DNA from: Auanema rhodensis
Lineage: Eukaryota; Animalia; Nematoda
Direction: 5' to 3'
DNA: 64,000 nt
NCBI GenBank assembly: GCA_964057225.1
Contig: OZ059897.1
Location: 11,160,001-11,224,000, forward strand
The notes beneath the pieces were generated by a model. The model was not told where the DNA came from and ran no database searches. It worked only from the letters and a program-made list of their open reading frames with translations. Below, piece by piece: positions 15,001 through 28,425 of this stretch; position 1 is the stretch's first letter; the number at the start of each line of letters is the position of its first letter. Position numbers and translations under genes: made by a program.

Positions 15001-18000
15001 TATACGGCGATAGGCTAGAACAGTTCATAACCTTCCTAAATAGATTCCGTTGAATTACCCGAATTAGAGGTAGTATCTTAATCTAACCAAAAAACTTCTG
15101 AGTTGTATATACATTTTGAAAAGAACACCACGATTGTGCAATCTTGAAAACTGTCTGTCTTAGTATGATTACATAACACTTTATATGCCTAAGTAAAATG
15201 AATTTGAATATAAATATGAAGCGTCTTTTATATTATACTTTAACCTGATGTAGCTTTGTATGGAATTGTATACTGATCGCTTATACGGCGATAGGCTAGA
15301 ACAGTTCATAACTTTCCTAAACATACCGTTGAATTACCCGAATTAGAGATAGTATCTCAATCTAACCAAAAACCTTCTGAGTTGTAAATACATTTTGAAA
15401 AGAACACCACGATTGTGCAACATTGAAAACTGTCTGTCTCAGTATGATTACATAACACTTTATATGCCTAAGTAAAATGAATTTGAATATAAATATGAAG
15501 CGTCTTTTGTATTATACTTTAACCTGATATAGCTTTGTATTGGTTTGTATACTGATCACTTATACGGCGATAGGCTAGAACAGTTCATAACCTTCCTAAA
15601 TAGATTCCGTTGAATTACCCGAATTAGAGGTAGTATCTTAATCTAACCAAAAAACTTCTGAGTTGTATATACATTTTGAAAAGAACACCACGATTGTGCA
15701 ATCTTGAAAACTGTCTGTCTTAGTATGATTACATAACACTTTATATGCCTAAGTAAAATGAATTTGAATATAAATATGAAGCGTCTTTTATATTATACTT
15801 TAACCTGATATAGCTTTGTATAGGTTTGTACCCTGATCACATATACGGCGATAGGCTAGAACAGTTCATAACTTTCCTAAATAGATTCTGTTGAATCACC
15901 CGAGTGAAAAGAACACCACGATTGTGCAATCTTGAAAACTGTCTGTCTTAGTATGATTACATAACACTATATATGCCTCAGTAAAATGAATTTGAATATA
16001 AATATGAAGCGTCTTTTATATTATACTTTAACCTGATATAGCTTTGTATGGGTTTGTATACTGATCACTTATACGGCGATAGGCTAGAACAGTTCATAAC
16101 CTTCCTAAATAGATTCCGTTGAATTACCCGAATTAGAGGTAGTATCTCAATCTAACCAAAGAACTTCTGAGTTGTATATACATTTTGAAAAGAACACCAC
16201 GATTGTGCAATCTTGAAAACTGTCTGTCTTAGTATGATTACATAACACTTTATATGCCTCAGTAAAATGAACTTGAATATAAATATGAAGCGTCTTTTAT
16301 ATTATACTTTAACCTGATATAGCTTTGTATGGGTTTGTATACTGATCACTTATACGGCGATAGGCTAGAACAGTTCATAACTTTCTTAAATAGATTCCGT
16401 TGAATCACCCGAGTTAGAGGTACTATCTCAGTTTAACCAGAGAATTTCTGAGTTGTGAATACATTTTGAAAAGCACACCACGATTGTGCAACATTGAAAA
16501 CTGTCTGTTTCAGTATGATTTCATAACACTATATATGCCTAAGTAAAATGAATTTGAATACAAAAATAAAGCGTCTTTTATATTATACTTTAACCTGATG
16601 TAGCTTTGTATGGAATTGTATACTGATCGCTTATACGGCGATAGGCTAGAACAGTTCATATCTTTCCTAAACATTCCGTTGAATTACCCGAATTAGAGAT
16701 AGTATCTCAATCTAACCAAAAACCTTCTAAGTTGTAAATACATTTTGAAAAGAACACCACGATTGTGCAACATTGAAAACTGTCTGTCTCAGTATGATTA
16801 CATAACACTATATATGCCTAAGTAAAATGAATTTGAATACAAAAATAAAGCGTCTTTTATATTATACTTTAACCTGATGTAGCTTTGTATGGAATTGTAT
16901 ACTGATCGCTTATACGGCGATAGGCTAGAACAGTTCATAACCTTCCTAAATAGATTCCGTTGAATTACCCGAATTAGAGGTAGTATCTCAATCTAACCAA
17001 AGAACTTCTGAGTTGTATATACATTTTGAAAAGAACACCACGATTGTGCAACATTGGAAAATGTCTGTCTTAGTATGATTACATAACACTTTATATGCCT
17101 AAGTAAAATGAATTTGAATATAAATATGAAGCGTCTTTTATATTATACTTTAACCTGATATAGCTTTGTATAGGTTTGTATACTGATCACTTATACGGCG
17201 ATAGGCTAGAACAGTTCATAACCTTCCTAAATAGATTCCGTTGAATTACCCGAATTAGAGGTAGTATCTTAATCTAACCAAAGAACTTCTGAGTTGTATA
17301 TACATTTTGAAAAGAACACCACGATTGTGCAATCTTGAAAACTGTCTGTCTTAGTATGATTACATAACACTATATATGCCTCAGTAAAATGAATTTGAAT
17401 ATAAATATGAAGCGTCTTTTATATTATACTTTAACTTGATATAGCTTTGTATGGGTTTGTATACTGATCACTTATACGGCGATAGGCTAGAACAGTTCAT
17501 AACCTTCCTAAATAGATTCCGTTGAATTACCCGAATTAGAGGTAGTATCTTAATCTAACCAAAGAACTTCTGAGTTGTGAATACATTTTGAAAAGCACAC
17601 CACGATTGTGCAACATTGAAAACTGTCTGTCTTAGTATGATTACATAACACTTTATATGCCTCAGTAAAATGAATTTGAATTTAAATATGAAGCGTCTTT
17701 CATATTATACTTTAACCTGATATAGCTTTGTATAGGTTTGTATACTGATCACTTATACGGCGATAGGCTAGAACAGTTTATAACTTTCCTAAATAGATTC
17801 TGTTGAATCACCCGAGTTAGAGGTAGTATCTCAGTTTAACCAGAGAATTTCTGACTTGGAAATATATTTTGAAAACCACACCACGATTGTCCAACATTGA
17901 AAACTGTCTGTTTTAGTATGATGTCATAACACTATATATGCCTAAATAAAATGAATTTGAATATAATAATGAAGTGTCTTTTATATTATACTTTAACCTG

Positions 18001-21000
18001 ATATAGCTTTGTATAGGTTTGTACACTGATCACATATACGGCGATAGGCTAGAACAGTTCATAACTTTCTTAAATAGATTCCGTTGAATCACCCGAGTTA
18101 GAGGTAGTATCTCAGTTTAACCAGAGAATTTCTGAAATGTGAATACGTTTTGAAAAGCACACCACGATTGTGCATTCTTGAAAACTGTCTGTTTTAGTAT
18201 GATTTCATAACACTATATATGCCTAAATAAAATGAATTTGAATACAATAATGAAGCGTCTTTTATATTATACTTTAACCTGATATAGCTTTGTATAGGTT
18301 TGTACACTGATCACATATATGGCGATAGGCTAGAACAGTTCATAACTTTCCTAAATAGATTCTGTTGAATCACCCGAGTGAAAAGAACACCACGATTGTG
18401 CAATCTTGAAAACTGTCTGTCTTAGTATGATTACATAACACTTTATATGCCTCAGTAAAATGAATTTGAATATAAATATGAAGCGTCTTTTATATTAAAC
18501 TTTAACCTGATATAGCTTTGTATGGGTTTGTATACTGATCACTTATACGGCGATAGGCTAGAACAGTTCATAACTTACTTAAATAGATTCCGTTGAATCA
18601 CCCGAGTTAGAGGTACTATCTCAGTTTAACCAGAGAATTTCTGAGTTGGAAATATATTTTAAAAACCACACCACGATTGTGCAATCTTGAAAACTGTCTG
18701 TCTTAGTATGATTAAATAACACTTTATATGCCTCAGTAAAATGAACTTGAATATAAATATGAAGCATCTTTTATATTATACTTTAACCTGATATAGCTTT
18801 GTATAGGTTTGTACACTGATCACATATATGGAGATAGGCTAGAACAGTTCATAACTTTCCTAAATAGATTCTGTTGAATCACCCGAGTTAGAGGTAGTAT
18901 CTCAGTTTAACCAGAGAATTTCTGACTTGGAAATATATTTTGAAAACCACACCACGATTGTGCAACATTGAAAACTGTCTGTCTTAGTATGATTTCATAA
19001 CACTATATATGCCTAAGTAAAATGAATTTGAATACAAAAATAAAGCGTCTTTTATATTATACTTTAACCTGATGTAGCTTTGTATAGGTTTGTATACTGA
19101 TCACTTATACGGCGATAGGCTAGAACAGTTCATAACTTTCCTAAAAAGATTCCGTTGAATCACCCGAGTTAGAGGTAGTATCTCAGTTTAACCAGAGAAT
19201 TTCTGAGTTGGAAATATATTTTAAAAACCACACCACGATTGTGCAATCTTGAAAACTGTCTGTCTTAGTATGATTAAATAACACTTTATATGCCTCAGTA
19301 AAATGAACTTGAATATAAATATGAAGCATCTTTTATATTATACTTTAACCTGATATAGCTTTGTATAGGTTTGTACACTGATCACATATATGGCGATAGG
19401 CTAGAACAGTTCATAACTTTCCTAAATAGATTCTGTTGAATCACCCTAGTTAGAGGTAGTATCTCAGTTTAACCAGAGAATTTCTGACTTGGAAATATAT
19501 TTTGAAAACCACACCACGATTGTCCAACATTGAAAACTGTCTGTTTTAGTATGATTTCATAACACTATATATGCCTAAATAAAATGAATTTGAATATAAT
19601 AATGAAGCGTCTTTTATATTATACTTTAACCTGATATAGCTTTGTATAGGTTTGTATACTGATCACATATATGGCGATAGGCTAGAACAGTTCATAACTT
19701 TCCTAAATAGATTCTGTTGAATCACCCGAGTGAAAAGAACACCACGATTGTGCAATCTTGAAAACTGTCTGTCTTAGTATGATTACATAACACTTTATAT
19801 GCCTCAGTAAAATGAATTTGAATATAAATATGAAGCGTCTTTTATATTATACTTTAACCTGATATAGCTTTGTATGGGTTTGTATACTGATCACTTATAC
19901 GGCGATAGGCTAGAACAGTTCATAACTTACTTAAATAGATTCCGTTGAATCACCCGAGTTAGAGGTACTATCTCAGTTTAACCAGAGAATTTCTGAGTTG
20001 TGAATACATTTTGAAAAGCACACCACGATTGTGCAACATTGAAAACTGTCTGTTTCAGTATGATTTCATAACACTATATATGCCTAAGTAAAATGAATTT
20101 GAATACAAAAATAAAGCGTCTTTTATATTATACTTTAACCTGATGTAGCTTTGTATGGAATTGTATACTGATCGCTTATACGGCGATAGGCTAGAACAGT
20201 TCATAACTTTCCTAAACATTCCGTTGAATTACCCGAATTAGAGATAGTATCTCAATCTAACCAAAAACCTTCTGAGTTGTAAATACATTTTGAAAAGAAC
20301 ACCACGATTGTGCAACATTGGAAAATGTCTGTCTTAGTATGATTACATAACACTTTATATGCCTAAGTAAAATGAATTTGAATATAAATATGAAGCGTCT
20401 TTTGTATTATACTTTAACCTGATATAGCTTTGTATAGGTTTGTATACTGATCACTTATACGGCGATAGGCTAGAACAGTTCATAACCTTCCTAAATAGAT
20501 TCCGTTGAATTACCCGAATTAGAGGTAGTATCTTAATCTAACCAAAAAACTTCTGAGTTGTATATACATTTTGAAAAGAACACCACGATTGTGCAATCTT
20601 GAAAACTGTCTGTCTTAGTATGATTACATAACACTTTATATGCCTAAGTAAAATGAATTTGAATATAAATATGAAGCGTCTTTTATATTATACTTTAACC
20701 TGATGTAGCTTTGTATGGAATTGTATACTGATCGCTTATACGGCGATAGGCTAGAACAGTTCATAACTTTCCTAAACATACCGTTGAATTACCCGAATTA
20801 GAGATAGTATCTCAATCTAACCAAAAACCTTCTGAGTTGTAAATACATTTTGAAAAGAACACCACGATTGTGCAACATTGAAAACTGTCTGTCTCAGTAT
20901 GATTACATAACACTTTATATGCCTAAGTAAAATGAATTTGAATATAAATATGAAGCGTCTTTTGTATTATACTTTAACCTGATATAGCTTTGTATTGGTT

Positions 21001-22594
21001 TGTATACTGATCACTTATACGGCGATAGGCTAGAACAGTTCATAACCTTCCTAAATAGATTCCGTTGAATTACCCGAATTAGAGGTAGTATCTTAATCTA
21101 ACCAAAAAACTTCTGAGTTGTATATACATTTTGAAAAGAACACCACGATTGTGCAATCTTGAAAACTGTCTGTCTTAGTATGATTACATAACACTTTATA
21201 TGCCTAAGTAAAATGAATTTGAATATAAATATGAAGCGTCTTTTATATTATACTTTAACCTGATATAGCTTTGTATAGGTTTGTACCCTGATCACATATA
21301 CGGCGATAGGCTAGAACAGTTCATAACTTTCCTAAATAGATTCTGTTGAATCACCCGAGTGAAAAGAACACCACGATTGTGCAATCTTGAAAACTGTCTG
21401 TCTTAGTATGATTACATAACACTATATATGCCTCAGTAAAATGAATTTGAATATAAATATGAAGCGTCTTTTATATTATACTTTAACCTGATATAGCTTT
21501 GTATGGGTTTGTATACTGATCACTTATACGGCGATAGGCTAGAACAGTTCATAACCTTCCTAAATAGATTCCGTTGAATTACCCGAATTAGAGGTAGTAT
21601 CTCAATCTAACCAAAGAACTTCTGAGTTGTATATACATTTTGAAAAGAACACCACGATTGTGCAATCTTGAAAACTGTCTGTCTTAGTATGATTACATAA
21701 CACTTTATATGCCTCAGTAAAATGAATTTGAATATAAATATGAAGCGTCTTTTATATTATACTTTAACCTGATATAGCTTTGTATGGGTTTGTATACTGA
21801 TCACTTATACGGCGATAGGCTAGAACAGTTCATAACTTTCTTAAATAGATTCCGTTGAATCACCCGAGTTAGAGGTACTATCTCAGTTTAACCAGAGAAT
21901 TTCTGAGTTGTGAATACATTTTGAAAAGCACACCACGATTGTGCAACATTGAAAACTGTCTGTTTCAGTATGATTTCATAACACTATATATGCCTAAGTA
22001 AAATGAATTTGAATACAAAAATAAAGCGTCTTTTATATTATACTTTAACCTGATGTAGCTTTGTATGGAATTGTATACTGATCGCTTATACGGCGATAGG
22101 CTAGAACAGTTCATAACTTTCCTAAACATTCCGTTGAATTACCCGAATTAGAGATAGTATCTCAATCTAACCAAAAACCTTCTAAGTTGTAAATACATTT
22201 TGAAAAGAACACCACGATTGTGCAACATTGAAAACTGTCTGTCTCAGTATGATTACATAACGCTTTATATGCCTAAGTAAAATGAATTTGAATATAAATA
22301 TGAAGCGTCTTTTATATTATACTTTAACCTGATATAGCTTTGTATAGGTTTGTACACTGATCACATATACGGCGATAGGCTAGAACAGTTCATAACTTTC
22401 CTAAACATTCCGTTTAATTACCCGAATTAGAGGTAGTATCTCAATCTAACCAAAAAACTTCTGAGTTGTAAATACATTCTGAAAAGAACACCACGATTGT
22501 GCAACATTGGAAAATGTCTGTCTTAGTATGATTACATAACACTTTATATGCCTAAGTAAAATGAATTTGAATATAAATATGAAGCGTCTTTTAT
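1..22594 (+). repeat. 281-bp AT-rich tandem satellite array (~80 monomers; 279-bp and 228-bp variants)
   Basis: The motif CACCACGATTGT recurs at 24, 305, 586, 865 and onward (period 281/279). No ORF is reported in the track over this interval. The array runs off the left edge of the window. Confidence 0.98.
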
Positions 22595-22596
22595 TA

Positions 22597-23025
22597 CAAA
22601 TTCATTTTACTTAGGCATATAAAGTGTTATGTAATCATACTAAGACAGACAGTTTTCAAGATTGCACAATCGTGGTGTTCTTTTCAAAATGTATATACAA
22701 CTCAGAAGTTTTTTGGTTAGATTAAGATACTACCTCTAATTCGGGTAATTCAACGGAATCTATTTAGGAAGGTTATGAACTGTTCTAGCCTATCGCCGTA
22801 TAAGTGATCAGTATACAAACCTATACAAAGCTATATCAGGTTAAAGTATAATACAAAAGACGCTTCATATTTATATTCAAATTCATTTTACTTAGGCATA
22901 TAAAGTGTTATGTAATCATACTAAGACAGACATTTTCCAATGTTGCACAATCGTGCTGTTCTTTTCAGAATGTATTTACAACTCAGAAGTTTTTTGGTTA
23001 GATTGAGATACTACCTCTAATTCGG
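22597..23025 (-). repeat. Inverted ~1.5 monomers of the 281-bp satellite
   Basis: CAAATTCATTTTACTTAGGCATATAAAGTG...CTACCTCTAATTCGG is the reverse complement of the satellite. The strand switches at ~22594-22597. Confidence 0.97.
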
Positions 23026-23685
23026 AAAACTAGGAACTAGAACGTAATTGAATTATATGAAACCAAAACTTTTTCGCAAGATTTACCTTCATCGGTTCCG
23101 ATGTAAAGTGCTAAACTAGAATAGTGTTTGTGTGGAATAAAATGAACCTTAGGTCCGACTCCGATTAACTCAAACAACTTATAAACAAATATTGTACGAA
23201 TATCTGCTTGTTGCCAATTTGCTAAACCTATATGTTCTTTAACGTAGTACTTTCCAATCAGAATTTCATTCCGCAATACTTGACAAATGAGCCGGCCCTA
23301 TAGACAATATTGTACAACTATATTTTATATCAAATTTTACCAAAAACTTACCAGGATTCCACCTTCCTCTGATCCATTCCTTTCACATCTGATGTCGAGG
23401 GCTGGGCATTCAGCGTTATTAGCAAAGAAGTTTGAGAAATAAAACTCTGCGGCTATTTCAATGTTTTCGAAATTTTTTTTCCGTGTAGCGCGAGAAATTT
23501 GCATTGAATTGGCAATAAATTTCATCAAATTGATGGTAGGTAACCAGGAATTTAGCTTTCATCAGTGGCATTAGGTGGTTCAAGGCTTGATCAACTGCTT
23601 GTTCAATTTGGGTCATTTGTTTCAATGCGGAAGCTTGTCAAGCCTTTTTGAACTTACTCACAAAAGCTTAACAATTCGCAGTCAT
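23025..23685 (-). pseudogene. Kinase-like copy k0, 3'-truncated at the satellite junction
   Basis: Exons 1-2 and 12 nt of exon 3 are present, then the sequence fuses to the satellite (reads VPSFPN*). There is also a +1 in the exon-1 T-run (~23473-23480). Confidence 0.8.
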
Positions 23686-24167
23686 GATGTCTCTGAAATT
23701 AATAAAATCCATTACAAATATCAAAACATAGATAAAATGAAGATTAAAAAGTATATTGAATATTTTTAAAAGATTCTCAGTGTTGGAAACGCCAGAAATC
23801 TTTTTCAATAAAAAACATAAAATCTTCCTCCACATTTCCAAAAATACATAGACATCTTTCACACGATTAAAATATCATTAAGAAAATCATTAACAATGAG
23901 ATCCCTGCATCAAAATTGCCTATTCTTAGCAATAAAGTTCATTAGCAGTGCATATACCAAGGTAATAACTGTTTATAATAATTTTCAATCTCAAAAACAT
24001 TTTAAATTCATACTCTAATATATCGGCAATATCTGGTCAAAGTATAATGTAAAAGACGCTTTATATTTATATTTAAATTCATATTACTTAGGCATCTTTA
24101 GTCTTATGTGATCATTATAACACAGATATTTTTCGTGACAAATACAGTGTAAAAAATGAAATCTGTT

Positions 24168-25289
24168 TTATTTCAAACTTTCTATCAGACTATTAAGATA
24201 GTTTTTAATTTCTACAGAATATCTCTCAAAGTTTCGACTTGGTTTACAGATGATAGAATGCTTCTTGAACAGCTCTTTTTGTTTGGAGATCGCTGCATTA
24301 GCTTCGTTGAAATTATGGGGTAGATTCCACAATTTAATGCACTTCTTTGCTACTTGAATCCGTAGCTCTTTGCTCCTCTTCCAGCTTTTGTACCCGTTCA
24401 AATATTTGTGTGCCATTTCAGGATCGACACAACTCTTTATCTAAATTACAAAGATCATAATATAAAATGCTTACAATCATACTTGAAGATGAGCAATGCT
24501 CAGTTTCTCATGACCATCAATTCCATAATTCTTCGAGTGGAGATCCTTAGGAAACAGCACTCGCCGCAGCAAGTCCCTTTGAGCGTATACTTTGCTACTC
24601 ACATGAATTCCTTCAGTTTCTGCTCGCCGAAAACTAGGAACTAGAACGTAATTGAATTATATGAAACCAAAACTTTTTCGCAAGATTTACCTTCATCGGT
24701 TTCGATGTAAAGTGCTAAACTAGAATAGTGTTTGTGTGGAATAAAATGAACCTTAGGTCCGACTCCGATTAACTCAAACAACTTATAAACAAATATTGTA
24801 CGAATATCTGCTTGTTGCCAATTTGCTAAACCTATATGTTCTTTAACGTAGTACTTTCCAATCAGAATTTCATTCCGCAATACTTGACAAATGAGCCGGC
24901 CCTATAGACAATATTGTACAACTATATTTTATATCAAATTTTACCAAAAACTTACCAGGATTCCACCTTCCTCTGATCCATTCCTTTCACATCTGATGTC
25001 GAGGGCTGGGCATTCAGCGTTATTAGCAAAGAAGTTTGAGAAATAAAACTCTGCGGCTATTTCAATGTTTTCGAAATTTTTTTTCCGTGTAGCGCGAGAA
25101 ATTTGCATTGAATTGGCAATAAATTTCATCAAATTGATGGTAGGTAACCAGGAATTTAGCTTTCATCAGTGGCATTAGGTGGTTCAAGGCTTGATCAACT
25201 GCTTGTTCAATTTGGGTCATTTGTTTCAATGCGGAAGCTTGTCAAGCCTTTTTGAACTTACTCACAAAAGCTTAACAATTCGCAGTCAT
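24168..25289 (-). pseudogene. Kinase-like copy k1 (frameshift)
   Basis: The exon-1 T-run has 8 T instead of 7 (~25077-25084), and the ORF track shows the shifted frame. Confidence 0.7.
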
Positions 25290-25771
25290 GATGTCTCTGA
25301 AATTAATAAAATCCATTACAAATATCAAAACATAGATAAAATGAAGATTAAAAAGTATATTGAATATTTTTAAAAGATTCTCAGTGTTGGAAACGCCAGA
25401 AATCTTTTTCAATAAAAAACATAAAATCTTCCTCCACATTTCCAAAAATACATAGACATCTTTCACACGATTAAAATATCATTAAGAAAATCATTAACAA
25501 TGAGATCCCTGCATCAAAATTGCCTATTCTTAGCAATAAAGTTCATTAGCAGTGCATTTACCAAGGTAATAACTGTTTATAATAATTTTCAATCTCAAAA
25601 ACATTTTAAATTCATACTCTAATATATCGGCAATATCTGGTCAAAGTATAATGTAAAAGACGCTTTATATTTATATTTAAATTCATATTACTTAGGCATC
25701 TTTAGTCTTATGTGATCATTATAACACAGATATTTTTCGTGACAAATACAGTGTAAAAAATGAAATCTGTT

Positions 25772-26891
25772 TTATTTCAAACTTTCTATCAGACTATTAA
25801 GATAGTTTTTAATTTCTACAGAATATCTCTCAAAGTTTCGACTTGGTTTACAGATAATAGAATGCTTCTTGAACAGCTCTTTTTGTTTGGAGATCGCTGC
25901 ATTAGCTTCGTTGAAATCATGGGGTAGATTCCACAATTTAATGCACTTCTTCGCTACTTGAATCCGTAGCTCTTTGCTCCTCTTCCAGCTTTTGTACCCG
26001 TTCAAATATTTCTGTGCCATTTCCGGATCGACACAACTCTTTATCTAAATTACAAAGATCATAATATAAAATGCTTACAATCATACTTGAAGATCAGCAA
26101 TGCTCAGTTTCCCATGACCATCAATTCCATAATTCTTCGAGTGAAGATCCTTAGGAAACAGCACTCGCCGCAGCAAGTCCCTTTGAGCGTATACTTTGCT
26201 ACTCACATGAATTCCTTCAGTTTCTGCTCGCCGAAAACTAGGAACTATAACGTAATTGAATTATATGAAACCAAAACTTTTTCGCAAGATTCACCTTCAT
26301 CGGTTCCGATGTAAAGTGCTAAACTAGAATAGTGTTTGTGTGGAATAAAATGAACCTTAGGTCCGACTCCGATCAACTCAAACAACTTATAAACAAATAT
26401 TTTACGAATATCTGCTTGTTCCCAATTTGCTAAACCTATATGTTCTTTAACGTAGTACTTTCCAATCAGAATTTCATTCCGCAATACTTGACAAATGAGC
26501 CCGCCCTATAGACAATATTGTACAACTATATTTTATATCAAATTTTACCAAAAACTTACCAGGATTCCACCTTCCACTGATCCATTCCTTTCACATCTGA
26601 TGTCGAGGGCTGGGCATTCAGCGTTATCAGCAAAGAAGTTTGAGAAACAAAACTCTGCGGCTATTTCAATGTATTCAAATTTTTTTCCATGTAGCGAGAG
26701 AAATTTGCATTGAATTGGCAATAAATTTCATCAAATTGATGGTAGGTGACCAGGAATTTAGCTTTCATCAGTGGCATTAGGTGGTTCAAGGCTTGATCAA
26801 CTGCTTGTTCAATTTGGGTCATTTGTTTCAATGCGGAAGCTTGTCAAGCCCTTTTGAACTTACTCACACAAGCTTAACAATTTGCAGTCAT
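25772..26891 (-). pseudogene. Kinase-like copy k2 (frameshift)
   Basis: 1-bp deletion in exon 1 (GTATTCAAAT vs GTATTCGAAAT, ~26676). Confidence 0.7.
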
Positions 26892-27373
26892 GATGTCTCT
26901 GAAAATAATAAAATCCATTACAAATATTAAAACATAGATAAAATGAAGATTAAAAAGTTTATTGAATATTTTTAAAAGATTCTCAGTGTTGGAAACGCCA
27001 GAAATCTTTTTCGATTAAAAACATAAAATCTTCCTCCACATTTCCAAAAATACATAGACATCTTTCACACGATTAAAATATCATTAAAAAAATCATTAAC
27101 AATGAGATCCCTGCATCAAAATTGCCTATTCTTAGCAATAAAGTTCATCAGCGGTGCATATACCAAGGTAATAACTGTTTATAATAATTTTCAATCTCAA
27201 AAACATTTTAAATTCATACTCTAATATATCGACAATATCAGGTCAAAGTATAATGTAAAAGACGCTTTATATTTATATTTAAATTCATATTACTTAGGCA
27301 TCTTTAGTCTTATGTGATCATTATAACACAGATATTTTTTGTGACAAATACAGTGTAAAAAATGAAACCTGTT

Positions 27374-28425
27374 TTATTTCAAACTTTCTATCAGACTATT
27401 AAGATCGTTTTTAATTTCTACAGAATATCTCTCAAAGTTTCGACTTGGTTTACAGATGATAGAATGCTTCTTGAACAGCTCTTTTTGTTTGGAGATCGCT
27501 GCATTAGCTTCGTTGAAATTATGGGGTAGATTCCACAATTTAATGCACTTCTTTGCTACTTGAATCCGTAGCTCTTTGCTCCTTTTCCAGTTTTTGTACC
27601 CGTTCAAATATTTGTGTGCCATTTCAGGATCGACACAACTCTTTATCTAAATTACAAAGATCATAATATAAAATGCTAACAATCATACTTGAAGATCAGC
27701 AATGCTCAGTTTCCCATGACCATCAATTCCATAATTCTTCGAGTGGAGATCCTTTGGAAACAGCACTCGCCGCAGCAAGTCCCTTTGAGCGTATACTTTG
27801 CTACTCACATGAATTCCTTCTGTTTCTGCTCGCCGAAAACTAGGAACTAGAACGTAATTGAATTATATGAAACCAAAACTTTTTCGCAAGATTTACCTTC
27901 ATCGGTTCCGATGTAAAGTGCTAAACTAGAATAGTGTTTGTGTGGAATAAAATGAACCTTAGGTCCGACTCCGATCAACTCAAACAACTTATAAACAAAT
28001 ATTTTACGAATATCTGCTTGTTGCCAATTTGCTAAACCTATATGTTCTTTAACGTAGTACTTTCCAATCAGAATTTCATTCCGCAATACTTGACAAATGA
28101 GCCGGCCCTATAGACAATATTGTACAACTATATTTTATATCAAATTTTACCAAAAACTTACCAGGATTCCACCTTCCTCTGATCCATTCCTTTCACATCT
28201 GATGTCGAGGGCTGGGCATTCAGCGTTATCAGCAAAGAAATTTGAGAAATAATACTCTGCGGCTATTTCAATGTATTCGAAATTTTTTTCCATGTAGCGA
28301 GAGAAATTTGCATTGAATTGGCAATGAATTTCATCAAATTGATGGTAGGTAACCAGGAATTTAGCTTTCATCAGTGGCATTAAGTGGTTCAAGGCTTGAT
28401 CAACTGCTTGTTCAATTTGGGTCAT
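27374..28425 (-). CDS. Kinase-like copy k3, open from internal Met (MTQIEQ), ~301 aa, ADL variant
   Basis: All four exons appear open and the splice sites appear intact. The upstream ATG is followed by TAA at codon 6. Confidence 0.55.

Noticed and set aside
1-22594. CRISPR array or repeat-spacer system
   Set aside because: Whole monomers are repeated with no unique spacers, there are no cas genes, and the context is eukaryotic.
23668-23862. MKDVYVFLEM... ORF as an N-terminal extension of the kinase
   Set aside because: It is in frame but starts at GTG, is low-complexity and AT-rich, is stopped in most units, and lies upstream of the TTTCAG acceptor. An upstream exon cannot be excluded.
24441-24474. 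Alternative intron-3 donor GTAAGC (34-nt intron)
   Set aside because: It would shift the frame and is mutated to GTTAGC in most units. The GTATGA donor 8 nt upstream is retained and keeps the frame.
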